A program made the translations under genes and the position numbers. This document shows, piece after piece, positions 29,901 through 57,488 of a stretch of 64,000 bases of DNA (position 1 is its first letter; each line of letters opens with the position of its first letter). The stretch lies in the NCBI RefSeq assembly GCF_964204645.1, contig NC_134025.1, positions 4,464,001 through 4,528,000 of the forward strand, written 5' to 3'. The notes under the pieces are model-generated. The model made no database searches. It worked only from the letters and a program-made list of their open reading frames with translations, and was not told the origin of the DNA. This stretch comes from Tubulanus polymorphus. Its lineage: Eukaryota; Animalia; Nemertea.

Positions 29901-32602
29901 ACCGATGTTTTTTAAAAGATTTACGATGAATTGATCGGTGTTCTTATTCGAAAAATTGATGGGATCACTATGACAACAAGAATGGATTCCTGTGCCTGAA
30001 AAACACTTTCGAGTCGTCGTGGTCTATTTGATAAATGTTTTTTTTTTCTAACTAAATTTGTTTTCACTCAAATCAATAGATTCTACATGTACTAGGCACA
30101 ACATATATGATCCTTTATGAGCCCGTGCAAATACTGAGTGAATTTACTTCTGTTTTAGTATCTTTTACTTATTTGGGGATGAATTTTTGGTGTTATCGAT
30201 ATCAATACCTATTACGTGTATTCATATAGTGAGGTTAGCAGGAATGCACTGAGTAGTACGAACCACAGAAATTATTTCCGGGTGCGGAAAAATTCACCTA
30301 CATAGGCCTACAGCTAGTCGTACTTTCAATATAGACGAATGCAGGTAATTTCCACCGAAAAAAAATCTGTCTGCCAAATTGAATAACAATATCAATCAAG
30401 AGGCCCAGAGAACGTACAGGGTTTCACGAAAAGTTTATTACATCTTCTGGAAAAAATTCTGAATATTGATACGATCAATAGAGACGAATATATCCAGATG
30501 GCAGCACTTCACCGAATGATGTTACCGAACCTTACACGGATAAAACAATATCTCAGCGGAGAATTATTGACCACATTAAAACCAGCCCATACAACGATGA
30601 ATGTGTACGAATATGACAAATTCGTACTCGATAGAATTATTCATAGCGATGTCAGAACTGTGATAAATAGAAGAAATCAATTCCTCTCACGGGTCAATGA
30701 TTAATGTTTGAGAAGTGGTTACTATGTTTAAACAAATCAATTGATCCTCGAGTCAGAGGAGGAATGAACCAACAGATTGTTAATACCGAAGAGGAGTCAG
30801 AGAGGGAGAGAGAGAACTTTGGCTAAGAATAGCCACTTGCAGCATGTACGTAGAATGCTGCAATCAGCGTGTTAATCCTTCAGTTAATTGTCAGTATTCT
30901 CTATCAGTAGTGAATCTACTACAAACAACAAACCATGGACTCTAAAACGAAGAGTCCATGAACAAACTATAAAAGTAAAGCAAATTTCTTGGGTTTTTCT
31001 GACAGAGGTGGCGTGGACATTGCATAGTCACTTATTAGTCATATTGTACAGGAGAGTTTATAATGAAAGGTAGATTCACACATAGGCTTCAGAGTGAGTC
31101 ACACAGCACATTTTTTATAAATATAATGAGAGATAGCAAGGGTATCATTAGAGGCCAGACAGCTTTATCAATAATAGAACAAGTTAGCTGAAATCATTTT
31201 GTTTTTATACAGGATAGAATAGGCATATGAAGCTTGGTTTCAATCCAAAAACCGAAAACTACTTCAAGCTATCTTTTACATTTCTGTTTTCAATTCTACA
31301 TCCAGTCTGACCAGTCAAAATACTTAACAATTCAAAAATCCAATATAATAAACACGTTGCTCAGACTCCAACCACACTTGCCCAGATTCCAGGAAAATTT
31401 ATTTAGGTCAGTAACAAAAAATGAATATGAAAAGAAAGAGAGAAAACTATAAAGACACCCGACCAGACAGCACAAATAAGAGCAATCATTAACTTAAAAA
31501 AACAGTATCAGATGATACGGGACCTCAATTATTGATCAGCAAAAATAGAGAAAGCTGAAACCCTGTTAAACTATTGACCGTAAAACCATTGATCATTAGC
31601 TCATAAGAGTACTTTATAGTCCAGGGGCCAGTTTCATAGAACTCAGTCCTGACTAGTCAAAACAGTGTGACATATACACAAATATATTATGTAAGACTTG
31701 TGTTATCACAGCAAATAATATATCATTTAGCTACCAGGTATTCATCGAAGCAAGACAAGAGTTCTTGTTTAGATATTCTTTCACATATCTATTGACTTTT
31801 AAGTGCTCTACTAGTAAATTACCATAGAATGCTCCTCAAAAGATAAGACAACATTCAAATCTAAATCATTGTAATTGGGCGCATAAATATATCAAAACAT
31901 CCCATGATAATGAAAAACTTCATCCATTGCTCTTAATTTTCTACTATCTCAAAAGCGATTAAAAGACTGACAATCGAAATGATCAACTTTCTGGATTTCA
32001 GGTTAGCCTTCCAACATATAATTCATACATTGTTCTCATTGCATTGGTGTTTTAAGAACCTAGGCCGACTGTAAATAATAGTCTGACAAGTAAGAATTTA
32101 CGGTCAGTCAATGGACTTAAAAAAGAGACATGGACTCCATTCATTTTAAAGTCTAATATGGTTAGTTAAACCATCATGGGAGTTCAGGGCCAGCTAATAT
32201 TCAGGCAGTCCCCCTTGAAAATCACTCTTGCCATTTTGCTCTACTCATGAGAACATTCATATGGTAATTTCATGAGAATAACAGGGGGACACTGACAGTG
32301 ACACAGTCAGCTTTCATTGTTTGGTTATTCCACCAACATTCAGGAGACCACCACCAGTCAGTGGCAGCATTAACCCACCAGACTCAAGCTCAGTAGTGTC
32401 CTCTCTCTTCTCTTAGGTGTCCCTCTCTACTAAAAAGTCCACTGTTGTCTGGTAGACTTTTAGTTTCGTGAAGCCTGGCTCTTTCCTAATTCCTTTTTAT
32501 TTACAGCATTTTGAAACACGAATACTTACGTGGTTTATAAAACTGATAAGCATCGACATCTAATGACGCCGAGCGATCAGCTTCATTGCCGCTCATAGCC
32601 AT
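2979..32602 (-). CDS. TRIO: Trio/Kalirin-family RhoGEF, 5' portion (Sec14/CRAL-TRIO, spectrin repeats, DH1-PH1); gene probably continues left of the window
   Basis: Phase-consistent GT-AG exons (minus): 32530-32602 (putative first), 24075-24149 ([17 protein letters not shown]), 23646-23760 ([13 protein letters not shown]), 21879-21969, 20244-20345, 20002-20115, 19668-19908, 18801-18967, 18432-18554, 18156-18347, 17525-17656, 17293-17421, 16871-17095, 9642-9833, 8740-8909, 8483-8654, 8096-8257, 7446-7628, 7237-7356, 6873-7064, 6564-6707, 6368-6479, 6168-6283, 5899-6021, 5636-5818, 5443-5549, 5297-5363 ([19 protein letters not shown] start), 4999-5184, 4830-4919, 4491-4703 ([19 protein letters not shown]), 4151-4333 (PH), 3896-4000, 3643-3806, 2979-3123. 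Motifs match recalled Trio/Kalirin/UNC-73 sequences. Confidence 0.95.
3490..3554. mobile_element. Fragment of a MITE family with AGCCGCGATCACAC-type termini
   Basis: Ends in gtgtaatcgcggctat, similar to the termini of the element at 13508-13588 and to 23283-23376. Confidence 0.4.
12774..12854 (-). CDS. Putative internal first exon of an N-terminally truncated Trio isoform ([27 protein letters not shown])
   Basis: In-frame ATGs at 12854/12833/12824, TCG|GTACGG donor, phase 0 matching the acceptor at 9833; lies in the unusually long 7-kb intron. Confidence 0.35.
13508..13588. mobile_element. Short MITE
   Basis: Terminal inverted repeats agccgcgaccaca / tgtgatcgcggct. Confidence 0.55.
23377..23556. 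mobile_element. MITE (gttgctcaa / ttgagcaac termini) carrying a nested 48-bp insertion
   Basis: Imperfect TIRs ccagttgctcaaaagt ... actgttgagcaacagcc; a related terminus at ~44478-44497. Confidence 0.5.
23405..23452. mobile_element. 48-bp TIR element with 7-bp TSD
   Basis: CATGGACGTATAAA ... TTTATACGTCCATG flanked by the direct repeat CTTAGAG (23398-23404, 23453-23459). Confidence 0.75.
26429..26528 (-). CDS. Putative alternative first coding exon of Trio ([33 protein letters not shown])
   Basis: ATG at 26528, 100 nt, AAG|GTGAGA donor, phase 1 matching the acceptor at 24149; at the edge of a CpG-rich region (~26450-28250). Confidence 0.6.
27104..27129. repeat. (CT)n microsatellite
   Basis: ctctctctctctctctcctctctctc. 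Confidence 0.9.
30934..30960. mobile_element. 27-bp TIR element/remnant with 7-bp TSD
   Basis: CATGGACTCT-aaaacga-AGAGTCCATG flanked by AACAAAC (30927-30933, 30961-30967). Confidence 0.65.
32530..32602 (-). CDS. Putative distal first coding exon of Trio ([24 protein letters not shown])
   Basis: ATG at 32602, 73 nt, perfect GTAAGT donor, phase 1 matching the acceptor at 24149; adjacent to a YY1/ETS-motif promoter. Confidence 0.7.
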
Positions 32603-32926
32603 CGGTAAATCGTAATCCGAGGATTATTATGAAGAATTCTAGCATCTTTCAACATCTTGAATGAAGAAAGCTCACGGCGGCCATTTTCTTCACTTCCGGG
32701 GTTCCTCGGGAATTCCGAGCTATGTACCGAATGGAAACGACAAAAAGTTGATGAATTAACTCATATTCATATTCTGCTAGCTGCATCTAGTTGGCTTCTC
32801 AAAGATCACACCTTGCCTTATACTTACCAAAGGAATGTTTGGACAAGATCCATATAACGTGAATCAAGCAACTATAGTTTACTTCAACTCAGATATCGGT
32901 TGTCAGCGGAAAATAGCAAATCCAAA
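32603..32926. promoter_or_regulatory. Probable bidirectional promoter shared by Trio and LSm5
   Basis: 324 bp between divergent ATGs; GGCGGCCATTTT (YY1-like) and ACTTCCGG (ETS-like) at ~32676-32699. Confidence 0.6.
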
Positions 32927-34076
32927 ATGTCGACGTCGTTGGCTACTCCAGCTCAGTTATTACCTTTAGGTAAATATAGTGACAATACCGTAGACAATTA
33001 TCCCGTGAATCAAATATATATATTTCGTATCAGTGCTTATAGCGTGCGTCATGATTGATTGTTTGCTCAGTTTGAAATATAGTAATTTAGCCTAAATTTG
33101 AGGGTAGAATTGCATTTTTTTTCGTTTTTCAATGGTGCTGCCATCTCTCGGTGTAATTAGGAAGATACTAAATATTTTTTTTTCAGAACTGGTAGATAAA
33201 TGTATCGGATCGAAGATTCATATAATCATGAAAAATGACAAGGAAATTACTGGAATACTGTTGGGTTTTGATGATTATGTCAGTATCCTTTTCCCAATAC
33301 TAAATGCTGAGTTTGTTGCTGGTATTTTTTTAGAAGAACAGAAGGGTACATTCAATCATGAATCCAGACCTCAGAGATGATTATTTTTTCATCCTCACAT
33401 GGCCACCAGTCTATCTAATAAGCCAATCAGATGCATTGTTTTTCACTGACAGATTCGCTCTATCATAACCACACATCTGATTGGCTAGATATATTGATGG
33501 TGGCCGCTGAGCAGCAACTTTTCCACCCAAGAAATCATGAGCCGTGTAATTGACCGATGAAAGGTCTGCTGCCAGGGTTTGTATTGGCGTGAGCTTCAGT
33601 AGAAGGCAATCAAACTCTGGCAAGCGAGGAGTCCAGGCATAGACTTTTACATAAATGAATACACTTCTTTATTAATTAGATTTGAACCTACATATAATAG
33701 TATGCCCTGAATTGCAAACCTATAGATACTTTGACACCTGGCAACTTTTGATATGTTTATTCATCCTTGATCTACTGCATTAAGATATGGTGTTGGAAGA
33801 TGTCACAGAATTGTAAGTGAATTTAACTTACTTGATCCATTAAAGTTCAATTATTCCATTAGTATATGTTTATCTCATCCTATATTATAGTGAAAGTACC
33901 CCGGAAGGTCGCCTGATTACAAAATTGGATCAGATCTTATTAAATGGAAACAACATTACAATGGTAAGTATCACATAATTTCCAAGATTAAAACTTAAAG
34001 CATTCTGGAGATGAATTTACTGAATAAAATCTTTTCATTTTAGCTTGTTCCTGGTGGAGATGGTCCCGAAGTTTGA
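32927..34076 (+). CDS. LSM5: U6 snRNA-associated Sm-like protein LSm5 (90 aa)
   Basis: Exons 32927-32969, 33187-33282, 33785-33812, 33891-33963, 34044-34076 give [90 protein letters not shown]; AATAAA at 34153-34158. Confidence 0.97.
33283..33784 (+). other. U12-type (minor spliceosome) GT-AG intron, LSm5 intron 2
   Basis: 5' splice site GTATCCTTT; branch-point-like TCCTTGAT ~15-20 nt before the AG; no polypyrimidine tract. Confidence 0.9.
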
Positions 34077-34217
34077 TACTTCTTTAACATTCATTTATAC
34101 AGAGCCTACATTCTCGAAGCTTTTGCATTTGTAAAAATTATTGGTCGTTTATAATAAAATCGCATAAAATATCGCAATTTTCTCAGCTTTTGTTGTTTTA
34201 TTTTGGTTTTGTGAAAT

Positions 34218-34260
34218 GACGGAAGGCGGCGCCACTTTACGGTACCCGGAAGTAAACAAA
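34218..34260 (+). promoter_or_regulatory. Promoter region of the mARC-like gene
   Basis: CCGGAAGT and CGGAAG ETS-type motifs ~90-120 bp upstream of the ATG at 34342. Confidence 0.45.
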
Positions 34261-34341
34261 ACAAACAGAAATGACATTTATCTAAAAAAACTTGTCATTC
34301 AGTGAAAGATTGGGGAACCTCGTGATTTACGTACAGCCAGA

Positions 34342-35867
34342 ATGTCGGACCTACAGAAACCCGGTTATATATTCGCGTCTATGGTTGCAGCATCGTCAGC
34401 AAAGTTGCTGATGATGGTCTGGGCGCAGAAAAATGCGGAAAAACCTCTGAGAGAAGTGGGAGTTGTGGACAGTTTGTACGTGCATCCGATGAAGTCTTGT
34501 AAAGCTATGACAGTTACTGAGGCTACCATTACCCCATTGGGATTGGCTTTTAAGGATATTGTTAATAGGTACGAATTGAAAAAAATATGAAGTATTACAT
34601 TTATGATTGAGTGACATATTTCAGTTTGTTAATCTATGTCTGTGAGCATTAACTTCTTAATTTTTTTCAATTTTAGGAAGTTTTTTCTGATCAACAATAA
34701 AAATGAATTCGTTAATCTGAAGGCAGAAGCTACGATGACTCTAATTGTGCCAACTTTAGAAGGTGACAATATGCATTTGAATGCACCTGAGATGGAGACT
34801 TTAGTCATTCCACAGATATTTGATTCAGGACCTACTGTAAAATGCGTGTAAGGAAATCATGAGAGGTTTTGAATTTCTTGTAATTCAACTGCATGTTATT
34901 GCATACATTTTTATTTTTTATCAATAGTTTGCATGGACAGTCAGTAGAGGCTATTGACTGTGGCGATAAGGCTGCTGCATGGTGTTCGAAGTTTCTCAAT
35001 AAAGATGGGATTCGTCTGGTGACAGGAGTAGCGTTTAAACACCCATATCTCTATAAAGAGGTAACTCATAAGATTTCTATTTGAACGACACAATTAGATA
35101 ATATTTTCACAAATGGTAGATTAAGTCTTGTGCCGAGTGACCCAAATCTTTTTGTGAAATGATTATAGAAATTCTATTTATGTCCTGTTTAATTACAGCC
35201 AGCCTATGCAAGCAAGTTTCCATACATGTTGCTGTCCGCTGCTTCTTTGGATGATATCAATTCAAAAATGTCCACACAACCAATTTCCATGAGAAACTTC
35301 CGCCCAAATATTGTAGTTAAGGGACCTCCAGCCTATGATGAGGTATGTTGAATGAACTCAATGATTTCCATTTGAATCGCTGTGTTGTTTTATAATCCTG
35401 ATGATGGATATTCAACTAGCTGGCTGACTTTTTTTCAGGATGACTGGGAGGAGATTGTAATCGGTGAGGCTAATTTTTGTAAGAGAGCTCTCTGTACGAG
35501 GTACGTATTTCAATTCAAAATTCCACAATTATAGCACTAGAAACAGGAATAATGCCAGAGTCCAATTTCATACCACGAAACTCTTTCATGATTATTTTTT
35601 AAGTAGAACTCCAATTCTTTGGCAGAACACTGATGATCATCTTCGCAAAGCTGCTACCATAAATTCTTTTATCTCACGATTCAAAAAAACTACACTCTTG
35701 AACTATTAATTAATTCTAAAATGAAACCTTTTTTGTGTTGCCTACCTTCATTTATTTTCGAAAATATTTATATATCTTATGCATATGTATGTGTATATGT
35801 GTATGTATATATGTGTATATGTGTGTATGCATGTGTATATGTATGTATATGGATATATATATTATTA

Positions 35868-35898
<31 letters not shown>

Positions 35899-35918
35899 TA
35901 TTATTATTATCGTTATCA

Positions 35919-35962
<44 letters not shown>

Positions 35963-36558
35963 TTTGATGTCAATTATGTTGTCATTAATTATTATTGTAT
36001 TCTCATTAATTGTATCATGGTATCAAATCATACCAGGGCATCCCCCCAATTAGGTACTGCCCTTAAGGCTTGGGGCTGTCCTGCTTGAATGTATATATTC
36101 AATAATCATGTACAACAATTATTATACTATTATATTATGTATTATACATTTGAGAAAAATATATTCATTCATTCATTGAGAAAAGTTTGCGTGATCTTCT
36201 GATCAGTCTATAGGAAACTTATATCATACAGTGATTTTTTTCCTATTTTAGATGTGTTATCACCTTAATTGACCCAGAGACTGGAATTAAGGATTCTCAG
36301 AATGAACCAATGAAGACATTGAAAAAGTAAGTGAAATTGTCAGACAACTCGATGAAATCATTAGGAATATTGTCTCAAACTGGACCCCTTGCGTCTGAAT
36401 TCTTGGTACGGCATGCATGTTGACTAATTACAATTATATATTTCAGGCATAGATTGAGAGCTGGAGAATCGAAGCCTTGTATGGGTCTCTATATGGGTCC
36501 TCTTTCACCTGGTAAAACAATACATGTCGGTGATAAAGTATATGCAAGAAAAGCCTAA
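34342..36558 (+). CDS. MOSC-domain protein, mitochondrial amidoxime-reducing component (mARC)-like, ~307 aa
   Basis: Exons 34342-34568, 34677-34847, 34928-35060, 35199-35342, 35439-35500, 36252-36326, 36447-36558; motifs LYVHPMKSC, DCGDKAAAWCS, FRPNIVV, YDEDDW, CTRC (Moco-ligating Cys), IDPETG, EPMKTL, IHVGD; N-terminal hydrophobic segment. Confidence 0.92.
35517..36177 (+). mobile_element. 5'-truncated CR1/L2-like LINE (ORF2 C-terminus plus 3' UTR) in mARC intron 5
   Basis: FHNYSTRNRNN...FLSRTPILWQ...INSFISRFKK* (stop at 35709) resembles CR1/L2 ORF2 ends; followed by a microsatellite-rich UTR and an (ATTC)n tail at 36163-36177. Confidence 0.7.
35781..35962. repeat. Compound microsatellite (TATG/TG)n + (ATT/ATC)n
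   Basis: Direct inspection; source of the spurious poly-I/L/Y ORFs. Confidence 0.95.
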
Positions 36559-36825
36559 ACATAAACACATTACTGGTATCTATTCTGTATAAACATATTG
36601 GGTAAAAATCCACTCGGGGACATGATTATACAATATTAGTAAAACTTTGTGAATATGTGCCAAATTTTATGTGATCCATAGTTATCATTTTAAATGGGTA
36701 TCAAAATACATAAATATGTCATTTCTGATACCTATTTGCTGCCAGGTTATTGGATAATTTTGGGAAAATATTTATATATATATATATATATAAACATTTA
36801 GCTGTCTCTTTAAGCATGGGTGGAC

Positions 36826-38660
36826 CAATATTGGTTCAATATTTTACCATTACCAAATGAGTAAGAACATATTTATTTATAAGTTTGTAAAGGTGTGTGA
36901 TATAATTTACCAACTTAGAATTAATGGCATCGATACAGCTTTTGTATAGAAATAGAATATACTTAAATCTTTTGATAAAAAAAATTATTTTGTTGTTTTT
37001 CTTTCTTACTGTACATATCACTTGGAAAGAGGTATTTGGGCATTATTTACCCGGACTGCATAAGCTGTGGGTGCATTATAACCAGTAGTGTTCATCTGTC
37101 TATCACTAAAAACCAGTAGCAAACTAGCATACTGTCGGTACCCGAATTACAACCGAGAATGTTCTTTAATCCACTATACCACGCCGTATAACTGTGCTGG
37201 TCCACTGGGAAAATCTGTTTCAGACTACAGATGAAATGGTTTTGGCCAAAATCTATAAACCAAAAAACATGATCTATAGAGAAACCATAGCTATAACAAA
37301 CATCACATACACGTGACCCCTAAAAGTTCATTATAACTACAGGTAATTTCATCTCCAGTAATTATCTGCTATCATAGCTTAGAATACCACCTCCAATGAT
37401 CTTAGTAAAATTCTATTATCTACGAGCATGACTGAAAATAAGTTGAAATATACATCACCGTTACAGTACTTTAATCTCAGATATGAATATTCATATTAGA
37501 GGATTTTATAACGAGGTCTCGAGTGTCTTTCTATAAGTATTACACTATCTATGCATATGTTATAACTTGTAATATGTTCTATAGGAATACTTACATATGT
37601 AACTGGATACTGATGTATCTTCGTCTAGCCATTCATTTTTACCTCTCAAGCAAGTCAGGAACACCTACAGGTTGATTATTTTAGTGTAGCCCAACAGCTG
37701 AGGTTATCACATCAGAGAAAACCAATTCCTTAACTCAATGTATTTATTAAATCATGCAATGATCCATATTTCTTGCAACTGAGGTCCTGTAAAGATATAG
37801 CAATCTTCACCAATCGGCAGGATGCAAATTCCTATATCTGCTATTAAACCAATTTTCAGCTGTTTGAAACTGGATGAAGCAATTCTATTGAAACATCCTC
37901 TTCACTGCAAAAACCATGCAGAGTTGAAAATCATACCAATACGCATACACAGCCAGAATATCAAGTAAAACGAACACAAATGTAAATTTGATGTATATTG
38001 CTTTTATTATTCATTCTGGAACCTACAGTAGGTGAACAACTGTGAGGGAAGATGAATGCTACCACAGAAATGTAGCGCGTTCAACCATTAAACCTTTCAG
38101 GTCATACCACACAGTACTTCACCACAAGCTACCCCTAGGAACAAGTACTACTATACACTTTTCCAGTTCCCCCTGGAAGTTACACTTGAAGTATTCTTTG
38201 CATAATTCAAAAATATACAATATTCACTGTTCGATTCATCAAAATATTTTTCTATTAGTGAAATATTTGTTGAGACTCATCAATCATTCCTCATACCGGT
38301 AAGAAAAGAAAATATATATCCAAATGAATAAGACACAACACCTACAAAGTTTAGATGAAGACTTAGATCTTAATGTTACCTCAATTCTATCCAATCTTCA
38401 GAGAAAATATAACTCTTTTATATAAATTTTCCAGAAACTCGATGGTTCTTGAGACCATTTAATCGATGAAAACTTTGAAATGGAACAAATTGTTGGCCTA
38501 ACAATAGAGAAAGCCAAAATTGGCTGGTAGCTAGTGAAAAAATTTCAATATCTCAATTGGAAGTTCATTAGCCAGCAAGTGTAGCCACTCATGAGAGGAG
38601 AAAAATCTGTACGTAATGATTATAATAATACATCAGAGCAATATCAAACATTATCAGAAT
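36826..38660. repeat. Segmental duplication copy 1 (alpha-actinin distal 3' UTR and downstream flank)
   Basis: Collinear with 60862-64000; lacks the ~1.25-kb segment present at ~62381-63630. Confidence 0.92.
38003..38008 (-). terminator. Candidate polyadenylation signal of alpha-actinin
   Basis: AATAAA on the minus strand ~1.15 kb after the stop; conserved in the duplicate at ~62109-62114. Confidence 0.4.
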
Positions 38661-39154
38661 ATACTAAATTAGAATAAACTTTCAAACTTGTTACTTGTTC
38701 ACACATAAATACAAATAAACACAAACACACATACTCAAATTTCATACCCTAGATATATATCTTCTGAATTGAATATATATATATGCGTATAACAATATCA
38801 CAGTTTTTCTTTCAAACGAGATTTGGTTATAATTGATCGAATAACAAATCAATTATCTACTTATCCATCATATCAAAATACCCATATTTCAGTTTTGATT
38901 ATTAGTCATTTTATAATTGGCAATTAATAACTACATGGCAATTGCTAATTGATCTTTATCTTGAAAGTTACAAACGCTTGTTTCAAAAACCATTATTGTA
39001 CAGTTGTTTCCGATTTGATTTTAATCTACAGAGCATAAACAAAGTTATAACTCAGTAAGTTGAGAGACGTTAGAAACAGTCACCTCACTGAACCATCTCT
39101 TTAGCACAAACACTTCACAAACAATAGAAATCATGCTATCGAAGACCTGTACAG

Positions 39155-55962
<16,808 letters not shown>

Positions 55963-56526
55963 AATACTTCTCAGCTCCTCTCGTGGTCAGCGAAACGCCC
56001 GTGCAGCCGCCAAACTAACGTAAAATCCGATGGAAATGGAATGTTTCGTCGAACGGTGGATTCTCTCTCGACACCCGCCGCAGGAACAGTCAAATCACGT
56101 GACCAGGTGAGCAATGCTAAATATGCGAAATAGTAAATTAATGGATATCTGAAACGGAAATTAATTAGATATCAACTAGATATGACAAAACGTAATAATA
56201 AGTAGATAGGATACATATCAAAAAAAATAAATGTGGCAGGATAATAATTTACAAGATGATAAGAGAATACAAAAGAATAAATATATGAGGATTAGTTTAC
56301 AAACAATAAAATGAAATAATAAAATCTCTAATCATGAAAACAAGAGGTATTGAGTGACTGTGTGGACCAGTCGTACTTCTATATCTATATGTATAGATAA
56401 ACAATGATATACAAGCTAATAGTATTTGAACTATTCAATACACCTATTAGGTACAAATAACAAATGCAGTACACATGAAGTTGTCGATGATTCAATGAAC
56501 GCAACCGGTGGAGCTGAAGGTGCTTT

Positions 56527-56697
56527 GGGATCATTCATTTATTACGTACGCATAAAATTTGAAATTTTCAACCCCCCTCCCCCTCTGTACGCAAAATCGG
56601 CCATTTTTTCATATATACATTAAGCATTAGGTACAGTACGCAATTGCACTGACCCCCTCCCCCTCCCCTAATGCGTACGTAATAAATGAATGACCCC
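56527..56697. mobile_element. MITE
   Basis: TIRs gggatcattcatttattacgtacgcat / atgcgtacgtaataaatgaatgacccc. Confidence 0.85.
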
Positions 56698-57014
56698 TTT
56701 GCCAGTAGACTTGAGCATGGTGTAAGTGTTTCAATGTATCAATATAAGGTATGCTGAGTAAGGATGATTGACGAGATGATGAGCTCGAAATATAGAAATT
56801 GGGATACTAGAGGGTACCGGTATAACGGACCCCGTAATCGAGTTTGTAACAATACAATTTTCAATCTTAAAATGCAGTCTGGGACCTATGAATCAGGATA
56901 AGAGGTTATATATAGGCCCTACTAGAAGGGTAAGATAGTTTCCCAATGAGCTGGACACAACGGTAAATCAAGCAGGGTAATACATTCACAACACGGGCCA
57001 ACAGATAGATCTAA

Positions 57015-57232
57015 GGCTAAAAAAAATTGATACCTTGTTTCTCCGCTCTGCTGAGCTTAAATGTTGACCCGGCCGGCCGCCTATCTACCCTATACATTAA
57101 TTTTTTTTAAATCGTGATCAATTTCACCATAAGACCCGGCCGCTATACAAATGAACTGTTTATAAATTTTATCATATTTTACAAAAATGACCCGGCTGCT
57201 GCGGAGAAACAAGGTATCATTTTTGTTTAGCC
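57015..57232. mobile_element. PIF/Harbinger-type (Tourist-like) MITE
   Basis: TIRs ggctaaaaaaaattgataccttgtttctccgc / gcggagaaacaaggtatcatttttgtttagcc, TAA target duplication on both sides. Confidence 0.85.
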
Positions 57233-57488
57233 TAAAGCAAGCTTTGTATCACAGCGCTGTCATGACTCAAAAAGGCGACCAATGCAAGAGTATAAGACCT
57301 AAAATCCCTGTGATCAAAATAACAAGTACAAGTGTATTGAGTGAATCAATTTGTGCTATGAGTGGCGACTCAGCAGGTGCGTGGTGGTACTCGAGAATAG
57401 TAGGACTAATAGCGGATACAGCGTGGGCCTTTGCAACGAATACTGCTGCATACAAGACCTTCACTTTGCACATCAACCACCAGAGTGA

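Noticed and set aside
33377-33510. C/D-box snoRNA (ATGATT ... CTGA) in the LSm5 intron
   Set aside because: Box C imperfect, no terminal stem outside the boxes, no recognisable rRNA/snRNA complementarity
35721-36088. Poly-Ile/Leu/Tyr ORFs on both strands
   Set aside because: Translations of the (ATT)n/(TATG)n microsatellite within a LINE 3' UTR
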